From Chara braunii (lineage: Eukaryota > Plantae > Charophyceae): a DNA stretch of 64,000 nucleotides. Location: the NCBI GenBank assembly GCA_003427395.1, contig BFEA01000002.1, positions 3,514,718-3,578,717 of the forward strand, in the 5' to 3' direction. Below, one piece after another: positions 50,120 to 62,555 of this stretch. A model generated the notes under the pieces. The model made no database searches. It worked only from the letters and a program-made list of their open reading frames with translations, and was not told the origin of the DNA. The position numbers were made by a program, and so were the translations under genes. The stretch's first letter is position 1; each line of letters begins with the position of its first letter.

Positions 50120-51054
50120 CGGGGGGCCAGTCAAAAAAAAAAAAAAAAAAAAAAAAAAAGGCCAGTCAGTGTGTGCACAGTGATCACCTGGAACTGTTGA
50201 GCCGTGGGTGTCCTGGAATATGAGACCACCTCCCAACCCATCCTCACGTCAATACTGCTAGCGCACCCCCTATCCCACTATTCTACCTCAGTGTGACCAG
50301 CACTCATGACCATTGCCCTACCAACGGGCAGGCAACTGGGACCGAACAGCAGTGATAGGCACCAGGGCTGATAGATTGCCCAGCCCTGGTGGAAACGGAA
50401 TCGGACGAACCTTGTCGAGCGAGATTTTCGGACGTCGGGCCCAGACAATGAACTACAGGACCCATATATATATAGCCACCAGACAGTTCTATCCGAATGT
50501 CAGTAGGAACTGCACCCAATGGCACCCTATCCAACCTACCTGAACCTACTGCAGGCACTAGACCCCACCAGTGACTAGCTCCCCTTCCTATTTTTTGTGT
50601 ATATATTCTGTGACTCTGTGTAGACAGTACATGTGTGGAAACTTGTGTATGTAACCTGTAAAAGATATGTAATTTGCAAGCTATGTGTGTATGCCCGAAA
50701 GGTATGTGTACTCTGTGAATCATGTATAGAGGAGAGAACGGGACCAGCTGGACAAGGACCCCCCCCAAGGACCGAACCAAGCTTGAACCCGTGACCTTGT
50801 AACATATAATCCAAGACTCTACCGTATGAGCAACTACCGGAAATGGAATGATCGTGTGATATGCCAGACTGGAGAGAACATCAGAACACCCGAGACCAAC
50901 ACCCCAAGCAAACCCTGTGAAACCCACAACCAACATACAACACCGCGGACTATCCTTGGGTGGTGCGCAGGCAGTGTCTGTAATAGTACCATGCATCAGC
51001 CCAAGGGGATGTGTGTCCAGCCATGCGTCAATGTAACGCCTGCCAGTGTCCATG

Positions 51055-51139
51055 CGCAAGGCTGCGGGGTTTTGAACCCGCAACCTTATACCACAATGCC
51101 CATTTCCAACCGGTGCTCTAACCACTGAGCTACATCAAC
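51055..51139 (-). pseudogene. tRNA-derived sequence, probable SINE head
   Basis: Minus strand GTAGCTCAGTGGTTAGAGCA (A box) ... GCGGGTTCAAAACCCCGC (B box/T arm); acceptor stem does not close. Confidence 0.7.
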
Positions 51140-51191
51140 TGGACAACGAGGTGATAAAAGCATCCCCGGTAAGTAGGTCCCGGTGCCGAAG

Positions 51192-51650
51192 GCTCCATCT
51201 ATTGGTGGGGAGCTGCACTTGCTGGAAATCGGGTCCAGCGTCCCTGTACAATGATGTGAATGTATCTGCTGGAAATCGGGTCCAGCGTCCCTATGCAGAG
51301 ATGTGTTGATATCTCCAACTACCTATGTATGCACGTTAAGTAGATGCGACGAGTATGACGTATGTGAGCTGGAAATCAAAGCAGCTTCGCTATACAATGA
51401 TGTGTTAAGATGTCATAGAAAAACCTATCAATCAGACCAGGAGACGAATCCCTGACATTGATGAGATGTGTGTGAGCTGGATATCATAACCAGCTTCCTT
51501 ATGCAATGATGAAATGTCATAAAAAAAAATCAATCCATCCTATATATATGCGAACCTGACCTATATCTCTGAAAGGAACAGAGGCATTGATTACTTCCCT
51601 GCAGAAGGGAAGGATTGACCTCCTGCTCATGAAGTAATATTCCTGACAAG
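51192..51650 (-). mobile_element. LINE-type 3' end (module D plus module C)
   Basis: D at 51576-51628, partial C at 51267-51291, full C at 51192-51244. Confidence 0.75.
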
Positions 51651-52936
51651 AGGACTTAATTTTTTACCTCCTGGATGCCGGCGATGAAAATCATCGTCAT
51701 CCACCGCCAGCAAGCAATCTCTTTGCATCAGTTGAGAAATTGGAGTCCAGTATTACTTGGGCCACTCAGGCCCATTCTTCTTGTACAGAACCATTTTCCC
51801 GTCAAACCGGTCCCCCCGCTTGTCTCTCGTGACCTTGTGAAGGTCCTGGGTGGGTGGGAAGGGGTGGGGAGAGCTGATTCCTGGCCGGCATCAGGAGGTG
51901 GGGGGTGTAGGGGGTGGGTTGGCAGTGCAGTGGCTGAGGTTGAAGGAGGCCATGGGGGGGGCAGAGGATGTGGGCAGGGGCGGGGTTAAGGTGGCAGGTG
52001 GGGCAGTGGCGACTGTGATGGAGGGGGACCTGAAGGGGAGGGGCACTGGGGATAACAGATGTTCCAGGGAGGTTCTACCGAACGGTTTGGATTAGTACGA
52101 AGTTTGTCGGATTGTATTGTACTTCGAAGTTTTGCCTGGGTAATCGCTCCCAGTGCTCCTCAGTCGACAGCCAGTGTTGCCATTGCAGGTCGTCCTCGTG
52201 GTCCAAACGGCAAAGTCTGTTGTTTCTGTTCGTCCATAAAGAGGAGAAGGATGCTCGGATGTCCGCTTTCCTTTCTTCATCTGGTTGTCACATGGGCACA
52301 GAAGGTACAAAGGGGCTGCCTTGGTAACCACCACTTGTATTTTTGGTTTTCACTACACTACTCAACATTGGACGTGTATCTGACTGCCTGGTCAACAAGA
52401 TACGGTCGGGCTGATTCAACGTTTGGAATGAATCTGAATGATTATTAGCTACAGATACATTTACAAGCTTATGCAGTGGAGCGAGGCCTTTCAACAGTGT
52501 CTTCTGCTCAAGGCTTATCACTGGTGTTTGGTACCAGGCCAGCCAGAAAGGGGAGGGGTGGAGTGGAGGAAGGGAGGGGGAGAACGGGGAAGAGGGGGCC
52601 AAGAAAGAGGAGTGGGAAGCGAGGAGAGGAAGGTAAGAACGGGAGGAGGAGGGGGAAGAGGGGCATCACAAAGAAAGTGCAGGAGAGATTGTGGAGGAGA
52701 GGTATTTTGGGGGCTTTGCATCAGCAAAGGGAGGGGTGGAGGAGAGGAAGAGTTAGGCTGGGGGCAAGGGGAATGAAGGGGGAGGTGAGGGGCTTGGTCG
52801 TGATTAGCGGCATGTTTTATACACCAAGTACTAGGCTATCAGGGGAAGTCAATCCTCACTGGAACACCAGTCCAGTTTTTTGTTTTTTACATAGCACCCG
52901 GGCTGCACCGGCCACCAACCGGTTCGACCCAGGGAC

Positions 52937-53119
52937 CCAAGGACTCGAAAAATCAAAATAACGAAATTCTTGAGTCATTTCAATAGGCTCAGAAATCACA
53001 CGTTTCTCTGAATCATCGTATCATACTTCCACATATCCACTTAAGGGAAAGTCTTTTCGTAACGGATGACCCTCAAAACCATAATCTGTTAATATACGAC
53101 ATAAATCAGGATGGTTGGA
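52937..53119 (-). pseudogene. nad9: Mitochondrial nad9 C-terminal fragment (NUMT)
   Basis: [60 protein letters not shown]. Confidence 0.95.
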
Positions 53120-53701
53120 ACAGAGCAGACGCTTCGCGGCTGCTCTATCGCCAGAGTCGCCTGGTTTAGGGCGCCGCAGCGACTCGTCGCCAAACTCACC
53201 TGACTCCCGTTTGTAACTTACGTGAAGACCACAATAAGTGTATAATACGACTCAGGCCCGCCAGGGGAGCCGCAAAGGAGTAGTAGTTGAAAATGGCACG
53301 GGTTTTTGCATTGTAAAATGCAAGTATATCTGCGTGGTCCATCAGATCCAATTTCGTACTTTGCGCAACGCTTTATGAGGCCCAGTAGAAGAGGGCAATT
53401 CATAGATAGCATCCACAATCATTTCAATGACTTGGCTAATGATGTATCTTTCTTCCAAACTCAGCGCTGACCAATGTTGAGTTTTCATATGAAGGTACTA
53501 CGAGCCCTCTGCCCCATTCGAAAAGAGATTTGAATGGTTCACCGGTTCCACCGTATGCTCTCATCTTTTTCATTTTCATTCAGAGGCATGAACGAAGGAA
53601 GTGTTGGCGAGCCTCTGCCGCATTGATTTTGACAAAATCAGCAATTTGGGTAATCAACGATAAATGGTCTTTGTTTTGATACAAACAAAAAGAAGATGGC
53701 T

Positions 53702-53785
53702 ATGTTAGAAGGTGCAAAATTAATTGGAGCGGGCTGTGCAACAATCGCATTAGCTGGAGCCGCTGTAGGTATTGGAAACGTGTTT
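53702..53785 (+). pseudogene. atp9: Mitochondrial atp9 5' fragment, 28 codons (NUMT)
   Basis: [28 protein letters not shown], then similarity stops. Confidence 0.95.
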
Positions 53786-54286
53786 ATATGGAGTAAATCA
53801 ACCAAGGGTAGCGTAAAGTAAGATAAGCGATTGATTACACAATCGAGCAAAGAAGGGAAAAAAACTTATGCTCCGTGAGGTTTCAGTAAGCTAGAGCAAT
53901 CAATGAATTCNATCCCACCGGGCCATCGTCAATTTTCAATTCCCATTAGCTAAGGGTTCAATCTAGGTGGTCCAACCGTAATTCCGGTTGAGTCGAAAAC
54001 TTGGTCAATCATTATTAGTATTATTTTTTTGAAATCATGGTTGGACTGCACTCGCCGAGATCTCCCCGAATCCGCAAAGAAAACTTTGAATGGAGAACGT
54101 TTTTTTTTGGCGGAGGGCCGGGGGGGGGGGGGGGTATTTTTAGGGCTTGGGCATCGGGGGTTGGGGGGGGTATGGTGGTGGAGGTGTTAGTGGCGGGGTT
54201 TGAGCAAGCACGGGCTTCCACCAACATTGACAACCACGTACCTGGCTTTCTGCAAATGTGGACAGTCCGCTGGTACAGATGATCCC

Positions 54287-54287
<1 letters not shown>

Positions 54288-54365
<78 letters not shown>
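54288..54365. repeat. (CT)n microsatellite
   Basis: Direct reading. Confidence 0.98.
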
Positions 54366-54369
<4 letters not shown>

Positions 54370-54660
54370 TAACTGCCGAANNNNNNNNNNNNNNNNNNNN
54401 NNNNNNNNNNNNNNNNNNNNNNNNNNNNNNNNNNNNNNNNNNNNNNNNNNNNNNNNNNNNNGGTCACCAACAACCGCGCGCACCCCCTACCACCGCGCGC
54501 GCCCTACCACCTCTCTCTCTCTCTCTCTCCAACTAACTACCGAAGCAACTGCCGCGTGGCCGCAAAATGCCGCGTGCCCACCAACTACCGCACGCCCACC
54601 AACGACACCGCGCGCGCGCCCTACCACCACGCGCGCACTAACTACCACGGCAGTTAGCAC

Positions 54661-54716
54661 AAGAAGAAGAAGAAGAAGAAGAAGAAGTAGAAGAAGAAGA
54701 AGAAGAAGAAGAAGAA
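54661..54716. repeat. (AAG)n microsatellite
   Basis: Direct reading. Confidence 0.95.
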
Positions 54717-54886
54717 CATACTAACTTACCGGTGGCTCTTAGGGATGGTGGCGGCGACGACTAGTGGCTCAATGGGCTGAAGGAGCGGCGGGCTGGTGGA
54801 GTGACGGGCTGGAGGCGACGGGGAGGGAGCACCGGCAGTTCCGAGTGTGGAAAGTCAAATGGGCGGTACTCCCGCCCAAAACATTT

Positions 54887-54950
54887 GAAAACGGTGGCCT
54901 ATCTGGGCCGTCGATCTCTCCAGATCGACGGTCCAGATAGGCCGCCCTTT
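54887..54950. repeat. ~30-bp-arm inverted repeat
   Basis: GGTGGCCTATCTGGGCCGTCGATCT-CTCC-AGATCGACGGTCCAGATAGGCCGCC. Confidence 0.85.
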
Positions 54951-55369
54951 TAAAATCCTTTGGGCGGGCCTACCGGACCCGGTTCGATTTTTTTTCCGGC
55001 CAGGCAACCTCCACGCAGGCTGTGGAGGCCCCCTGGCCCAAAAAAAAATCCAACCGACCCACCCTGCTTCGATGCGCTATGGCCCACCGGGGGGAAGCCA
55101 GCCCGGTGGACCGGCCCGGTTCCGGTTGGGGGTGGGGGCCCCGGTCCTACCGGGTTTTCAGCCTTGCTTAGCACCAAATTCCACCAAAATTCTACCACAA
55201 GAAAAGAAATGCCCATCTAAGGGCCTCACCGCACCACAGTCGAAAGGCACAAAAATTCGACGGCTGTCAGAAAAAAATTGACAGCCTCCATTCGACAGTT
55301 TGCCCCCCCTTCGCCACACACACTTGTGAATGCAAGACTGAAAAAGACGAACGCGCCTGAGGGTACGAC

Positions 55370-55407
55370 CTGTCTCTTATACACATCTAGATGTGTATAA
55401 GAGACAG
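55370..55407. other. Nextera mate-pair junction adapter (artefact)
   Basis: Exact 38-mer, followed by a copy of ~45865-45959. Confidence 0.99.
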
Positions 55408-56283
55408 GTGTAGGGTGTGGGAGGTGGGGGCTAGGGGAACCGCTGACCCCTGTGGCTGTTGGGCGGCTGAAATGGTTTCCTTTATTACTTTGGAGGCCTC
55501 GCCCAANNNNNNNNNNNNNNNNNNNNNNNNNNNNNNNNNNNNNNNNNNNNNNNNNNNNNNNNNNNNNNNNNNNNNNNNNNNNNNNNNNNNNNNNNNNNNN
55601 NNNNNNNNNNNNNNNNNNNNNNNNNNNNNNNNNNNNNNNNNNNNNNNNNNNNNNNNNNNNNNNNNNNNNNNNNNNNNNNNNNNNNNNNNNNNNNNNNNNN
55701 NNNNNNNNNNNNNNNNNNNNNNNNNNNNNNNNNNNNNNNNNNNNNNNNNNNNNNNNNNNNNNNNNNNNNNNNNNNNNNNNNNNNNNNNNNNNNNNNNNNN
55801 NNNNNNNNNNNNNNNNNNNNNNNNNNNNNNNNNNNNNNNNNNNNNNNNNNNNNNNNNNNNNNNNNNNNNNNNNNNNNNNNNNNNNNNNNNNNNNNNNNNN
55901 NNNNNNNNNNNNNNNNNNNNNNNNNNNNNNNNNNNNNNNNNNNNNNNNNNNNNNNNNNNNNNNNNNNNNNNNNNNNNNNNNNNNNNNNNNNNNNNNNNNN
56001 NNNNNNNNNNNNNNNNNNNNNNNNNNNNNNNNNNNNNNNNNNNNNNNNNNNNNNNNNNNNNNNNNNNNNNNNNNNNNNNNNNNNNNNNNNNNNNNNNNNN
56101 NNNNNNNNNNNNNNNNNNNNNNNNNNNNNNNNNNNNAGGCTTTGGCCAAAAAAACTGGCCTGGCTATCATGGTAACCACGGACCCCGGCACCGGACACTC
56201 TCGGACTGTCTTCTGGACCAGTGTCTGGACCAGTCCAAACTGTCTGGTGATCCGGACATCACCAGACCCGGACAGTCCGAACC

Positions 56284-56321
56284 CTGTCTCTTATACACAT
56301 CTAGATGTGTATAAGAGACAG
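56284..56321. other. Nextera mate-pair junction adapter (artefact)
   Basis: Exact 38-mer, preceded by a copy of ~62787-62881. Confidence 0.99.
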
Positions 56322-57907
56322 GGAATAGCTTGGTTCTCTAAACCAACAAAGACTGGCACCTTTCACAATCATTGTCATCCAAATTGCTCTACAATGATAA
56401 AAGATTTGAGAGAAGAATATAGCGTTGTAAAAAAAAAAAAAAAGTCAAGTGTCACAATTAATTTTAAGGAATTCAGTCATGGAATACCATTTGCCAGAAA
56501 ACGAGTCTAATTTAGTTTTCCTCTTTTTTTATTCTTGAGAAAACCCAAGGCCCTCTTAAGCCACCAGTAAAGTAAGTTTCCCAGGTATCTTCTTCCAACG
56601 CGGGGGGTTAACTGGCGCAAAATCGTGTGGCAGCCTATGGGACGGAAAAGGGTGGCGGAACTCAGAACCTGGGAAATTTGCACCTGCTCCGTTTCATTCT
56701 TTTTTCGCATGCGGCAGAAATCCGCGTTCGAAAATGCGGCTTGTGGGAATGGTGGATTAAGACAACTTATCGATCTGGAACTACCCGGTCCTCTCTATAG
56801 ACCAGCAGTCTAATTCAATCATAACATCGTTGCACAAACAGTCCATGCTCAACTAACTAATCATTTGGTAACATGGCTAGCAGTTCATCTTCCACCGTCA
56901 TCCTTCAATGGCTGATATAGTTTTTCCTCCTCCCCCCTCCCCCCTCCCCATCCTTCAGCAGCAATTGGATTCTCGCCAGATAGGCTTCACACAGACTCAA
57001 TTGACTCCGTTTTCTATCTATCGTTTCACTAAGCGCAGGTTCTGTTCTTCATGCAGGGAGAACAACCAACGGTAATTGAATTTTTATTATTATTATTATT
57101 ATTATTATTTTTATTTTTATTTTTATTTTTTTTAAATCTCCCACCCTGACTAGACATTGTAATTGATCCGTGGTTTGGGGAACAACCAACGGTAATTGAT
57201 ATTCTCTAAAGCTGATTAGGCATTGTAATTGAGTCATGGTTATCAGATATTCAACAAACAGATTCTTAGGCATGTCCCGTCTCCACATAGACTGAGTGTG
57301 GGTCTTGGACCCACCAACACGAGCTCCATGCCCCGTGACGCCCTGGTATCAACAACCCTGCTTTTGGCCAGTGTCGTGCCATGCCCGGTGACACCTTCTG
57401 GCTGCGTTTAGGCCGGTGTGTGTCTCTCTACCAGGCCACACTCCCCACAAGCTACGGGTTACCGGGCAGTGCAACGCCCCAAAAACTTTACCAGAATCAT
57501 CGTTCTCTCTGGAGAGTGGCATTGGCGAATTTGGCGTGTCTTGAACCCAGCACCTAGGCAGTGCAACTCAGCCACATGAGCTAGCCGACGGGACAGCTGG
57601 ATGGGCACACTCTAATACGACTTTCCATAGTACTCGGCCCTCAATCGCTTCACGATATCCTCTGCCACCTGCACGAATAAGGATCGCATCAGAGACATCA
57701 ATGGCCATAGTCACACCTTTTATGTCAGCATCCTTGGTCCCATTTCTTGTCATGCATAGCTCCGTTTAAACTTTTTCTCAAAACTTGAAAGATGGAATTC
57801 ACACTTCACTACATCAGGACAAAGGGGCATCCATGGAGTCCCCTGCATGACAAGTAGGAGTGTATGCTCTTATCATCACTCCTATCTGTTGAGGCGGGTG
57901 CTTTCTT

Positions 57908-57941
<34 letters not shown>

Positions 57942-58269
57942 ACAAAGGAGCATCCAGTACTCAGTAGTTGAGGCATACTCTGGCGAGCATGCATGCGTTA
58001 GACAGCGCATATAACAGCGCGATGTATAGGCTGTGTCAGACAGCACATAGCAGCGATGTATTGGCCTGTCAACGGTACAAACATGCGTACATGCTTCATC
58101 ATCATCCACGAGGAATGATGAAGAGGAGAGGAGGAGATAACAAAGACAGAAGAAGAAAGGACGACAGAATAGGTGGGGGAAGGGGAAGGGCGAAGAGACG
58201 CAAAAGATGAAGAAGACGATAGAGATGATTAAAGAGATGGTACGTCCGCAGACTCCACACGTCGATTGT

Positions 58270-58610
58270 TCGATGAAGGGATACCACATCCGGACCATGA
58301 AGACACCAATGCGTTTCAACAACTGCTTGGCAGCAGCAGCCTCGTCAGGGGTGCGAGATCCGTTGAAGGGATGCATCGTGTCTCCCCTCGTTGAAGGGAT
58401 ACCAGATCCAGACCATGAAGACCTCGATAGTTCGTTGAAGGGATACCAGATCCAGACCATGAAGACANCGATAGTTCGTTGAAGGGATACCAGATCCAGA
58501 CCATGAAGACACCGAAGCGTTGAAGGGACATGATGATGCATCGTGAAGGGATACCAGATCCAGACCATGAAGACACCGATGCGTTGAAGGAACATGAGGA
58601 TGCATCGTGC
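58270..58610. repeat. ~44-bp minisatellite, about 5 copies
   Basis: TGAAGGGATACCAGATCCAGACCATGAAGAC core repeated. Confidence 0.9.
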
Positions 58611-58661
58611 AGCTGAATGAAAGCAGCTTGACCGCACAGTGTAACGGGGTAACTTCAGCAG

Positions 58662-58825
58662 AGTCACAAAGGCGAGTTATAATTGCACTATGGGCCAAGA
58701 TACAGTTTGCCAATTGCACTTGGGGCACCCTACCTGGCCAGAAAGCTGGGTTGTATACATTGCCCGAACTGCAATTTGAAACTGTATCTTGGCCCATAGT
58801 GCAATTACAACTCAATTTTGTGACT
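58662..58825. repeat. Fold-back element with ~55-bp arms
   Basis: AGTCACAAA..GAGTT.TAATTGCACTATGGGCCAAGATACAGTTT and its reverse complement. Confidence 0.85.
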
Positions 58826-59102
58826 TGCATAGTTTCCCCAATTTAGGGGTACCTTCAGTAGAGTCACAAAAACGATACTGGATTGAAGTGAGTGAAGATC
58901 CCCCATACGCATGTCATGAACGGATTTTAAGAAGGGGTTCGCCTTGAGGGTTCAAGTCTTTCGAAGCTCCCAGTCAGCCAGGCTCGCCTGTTTGATACTA
59001 GACTTCAGCCCGCACCATCGTTGGTGTCAGTCGCTCTCCCCTTCTGACCGCCGAATTTCAAATTCCTCAATGTCCACAGGGTCCACAGTATAGCTCCGCC
59101 GA

Positions 59103-59917
59103 GGGCATACTCACACTGGGACCTATAATCCCAAATTTCCCCCCAAAAAGGTAGAGGACCGGTCACACAGATTTGCCAAAGTCCTAAATGTACCATTTGC
59201 GTGCCCATTTGTCAGCGGCCTGTGTAGCCGCGGGGCAAGGGAATTTCCGGTCACCTCTGGAGGTGACCGCAAATGCCCTATTTATTTTTTCACATTTTTT
59301 TCGAGAATTAGGGCATACTCACACGGGGACCTATAATCCCAAAATCCCCCCAAAAAGGGGAAAACGCCGGTCACACGGATCTACCAAATTCGCAAATGTC
59401 CTATTCCAGTGCCCATTTGTCAGCGGCCTGGGAGGCCGCAGGGCAAGAGGTGACCGCAAATTCCCTTTTTTTTTTGCATTTTCTTCAAAAATTGGCAAAA
59501 ATTCGTTCACAAAAGTTCTTGCACAATTGGTAGATGGCGCCGTGTGACCAGCCAAGTACCAAATCCCCATTTCTTGAAACGGCTGCGACCTTGTCCCATC
59601 TGAAAAGGCACAGCAGCGTGACGTGAACCATACCCAAAACCTCAAATCGGCCCTTCCCAAATCCGCATATTTTGCAGCTTTGGGTTCGCAGTGTGAGCAT
59701 GCCCTTAGTGAAAATTTGTTCATGAAAGTTCTTGCACAATTTGTGGATGGTGCTGTGTGACCAACAAAGCACCAAATCACCATTGCCCCAGACGGCCAGG
59801 GCCTTGTCCCATCTGAAAAGGTACAGCAGTGCGACCGGAACCATGCCCAAAACCTCAAATCGGCCCTTCCCAAATCCGCATATTTTGCGGGTTTGGGGTC
59901 GCAGTGTGAGTATGCCC
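59103..59917. mobile_element. Tourist-like MITE containing a nested copy of the same family
   Basis: TIR GGGCATACTCACACTGSGACC; flanks CGA and TGA. Confidence 0.85.
59311..59704. mobile_element. Inner Tourist-like MITE with TTA target-site duplication
   Basis: TTA|GGGCATACTCACAC...GTGTGAGCATGCCC|TTA. Confidence 0.9.
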
Positions 59918-61699
59918 TGAGTGAGTGTCTCTTCTGCATACGAAAAGCGTACACCTACGATTTCTGGAAATTAAAAAAAGAAGGGGTAAGTACGTTCATG
60001 TCACCTTCCAACAGACACAAGCTCTCACAAGCCGTCGTGAATGGAGTGTAGAGCGACCATGGTGAGTCGGTGAGGTGAGATAGGTTGGAAGACAGAATTG
60101 TGCAGGGGGGTACTGTGGGCAGATCACTGCTGCAAGAAGAGGGCATTCTGTTAGCACGCAATTAGGGCATGGCCACACCACTGTCGAAATGCACAAAATG
60201 AGAATGAACCTTAAGCTAGAACATGGCCAGATGCACCCGCCACATTTTTGTCTTTTTCACATTTCTACAGTGGTGTGGCGACACCCTTAGGGTGCCATAA
60301 ACAGCACAAAGTTCCGACAAAAAACATGATTGTGACAACGTCCACACTTGCGATGATGGGAGGGTCCAGCCCGTAGAAACAGATGCAGAAGTCTCCTCCT
60401 CGTTCCCACCAATGGGTGACGAGTTTAGCTCACGAAATTTGAGCACGAGAGGAGAGACACAGTGCAGCGAGCGTGATATGCTGACTGTGCCTGCGAAGGA
60501 GGTAAGAGATCCGGAGCAGGTTGACCGAGAGGCAGAAGGCTGACCAGTTGACCTGAAATTCCAAAGTGGCACTAAAACACCACTCAAGTCAAAACGAGGA
60601 AGCCCGTCATCCAGAATTGCGGCCATGGACAACCTGCTAATGGAGGTCGCCGACGGGCTGAGCCATGAACATATACTGGAGGCAATCAGGAAAACGGTCA
60701 AAGAAGTGGGTGACACTGCAGACTTGACATCAATCAACTGGTTGGAAGATTGCGTCTGCAGGTTGGATTTGCTAGGGGAGGAGCTGAAGACTGCTCTGCA
60801 ATTACCGGGCCGGCCCTGCAGATCGGGTTTGGCAGAGCGACCTTACATCTGCCTGCCTTCACTCACTGACGCGTCTGCGAGATCAGATTGAAGATCTGCT
60901 GTTGACCAAATACCAGGTCTTCAAAGAAAACACCGTCATCGTCGCTGAAGCTAAAGACGGCGCGATGGAGAATGAAAACACCATCATCGGTGCTGAAGCT
61001 CAAGACAGCGCAATGGAGAATGGAGCCCGAGTGCCCAGCAAGCATCAATACGACGGGAGGGTGACGACCCCCTCTCCCACGATCACGGATCGGCTAAAGG
61101 CCGGGGCGAAGCCAGCTGTCAACAGCACCATATAAGTTCACCGGACGAAGACAAGCAAGACTGCCTTGTTGCAATGGAAACCTGCCGACGCAAGGGCGCT
61201 CTGATAATTGGTAGTGAAATGTTGTTCCCCGGCAAACAGCTGGAAGAAATTTCCCGGGTGACACCGCATCACGTAGGGGTGACGAATTACACGATCTATC
61301 AAATCTGCGGGGTGAAAATGACCATGCGAGGAGACGAAGATGAGGGCGGGAGGATGCGAGCGGAGAAACGAGAGAAGGGGGACGGCCAGGGTTACCGCTC
61401 CTGGCGACCACCTTGGGATTGGACTTCGTCCCTTTGTGTGGGAGGTTCTCCACGATGATTTCGCAAACGTCGCAATCTTCTTTCTCTGCGGTAGATGGCC
61501 TCTCTCCCTCCTGGGCCGAGTTGCATAACCGCCTCTGTTGTTATTCAAAATCTCCATAGCTTGTGCCCATGTCCTACCACGATACCTATGTAGGGGAGAC
61601 TTTTTTTAGGCGTGGCTTGGCACGATGGTCCTTTCATAAGTGGGATTAGGGTTGAGCTTCCCCACAGAAAGAAGAAGCGCTGACTGTCTCTCGTAAGCT

Positions 61700-62042
61700 G
61701 GGGTGAAGGACGATCACGGATGTTCAAGGGGAGGATGGACAGGGCAAGTAATTAGGGTTGTTTGTATAGCTTCATAAAAGGGAGGTCAGTCAATCCCCTC
61801 CTGGGCAGGGTAATCAATGCTGCCTCCTGCTGTGTATCCATTTGATTGATTCTTGTAAACTTAGCTCCAGGTGGATGTCATTAAAGGGACACTGGACCCC
61901 GTTTCCAGCAGGTGCAGCTCCCCACCAATAGATTGGAGCCATCGACCCTGCGAAGCCTGCTACAGGAGGATGCTCTTACCAACTCCTGCTAGCAGCTGCT
62001 TTCGCGCCAATGATGTTTCTTTCAAAAAAAAAAAAAAAAAAA
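61700..62042 (+). mobile_element. LINE-type 3' end (D + C + hairpin + poly(A))
   Basis: D at 61781-61827, C at 61886-61939, hairpin ~61950-62005, A-tail 62024-62042. Confidence 0.8.
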
Positions 62043-62555
62043 CAGATGCACAAGGAAGACACAAGAGAAGAGACAGGAGGGGGACGCAACCGAGAGAGGT
62101 GTGGTAAGAGGAGCACGATCGTTTTTAAGTCCAGAAGCCTGGACCACCACCACGGGTTATGGGCTTCGTCAGGAGAGGCCTTTCTTGAGGAAGATTGTGC
62201 AAAGGAGATGACAAACAGGAAAGAAGAAGAAAAAAAAAAACAGATGGTCCAACGGGGAGTCTTGGGGTAGAAAAGGCAAAGCAAAAGGAAATGTGGTGAT
62301 GCTTTAAAGTGTGTGATAGCGCTGCCCCAGTCACTGGGTGTCCAACCATCGAGGCCCTCCCTCCCCGCGGTAAGCCCAGGGTGTGACTGGGTACATAGGT
62401 CTGTTTCCCGGCCATTAAGCTTTTGCCTCGGGAGAGGAAAGGTGTGGGCAGCCCATAGCTCTGCCCCGGCCCCCCCTGCAAGCGTCTAGAGCGGCAGTGG
62501 ATGGGGCTGCTACTCGACTTTTTTCTGTTGAACCATTGGATCCCACTCATTGTAA

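Noticed and set aside
51164-51177. TACTTACC on the minus strand resembling the U1 snRNA 5' end
   Set aside because: Only 8 nt match; the same context (GGACCTACTTA) follows module C at 36479, so it belongs to the tail.
58270-58610. CRISPR-like array of 31-bp repeats
   Set aside because: Intervening sequences are short and related to each other, there are no cas genes, and the context is eukaryotic; it is a minisatellite.
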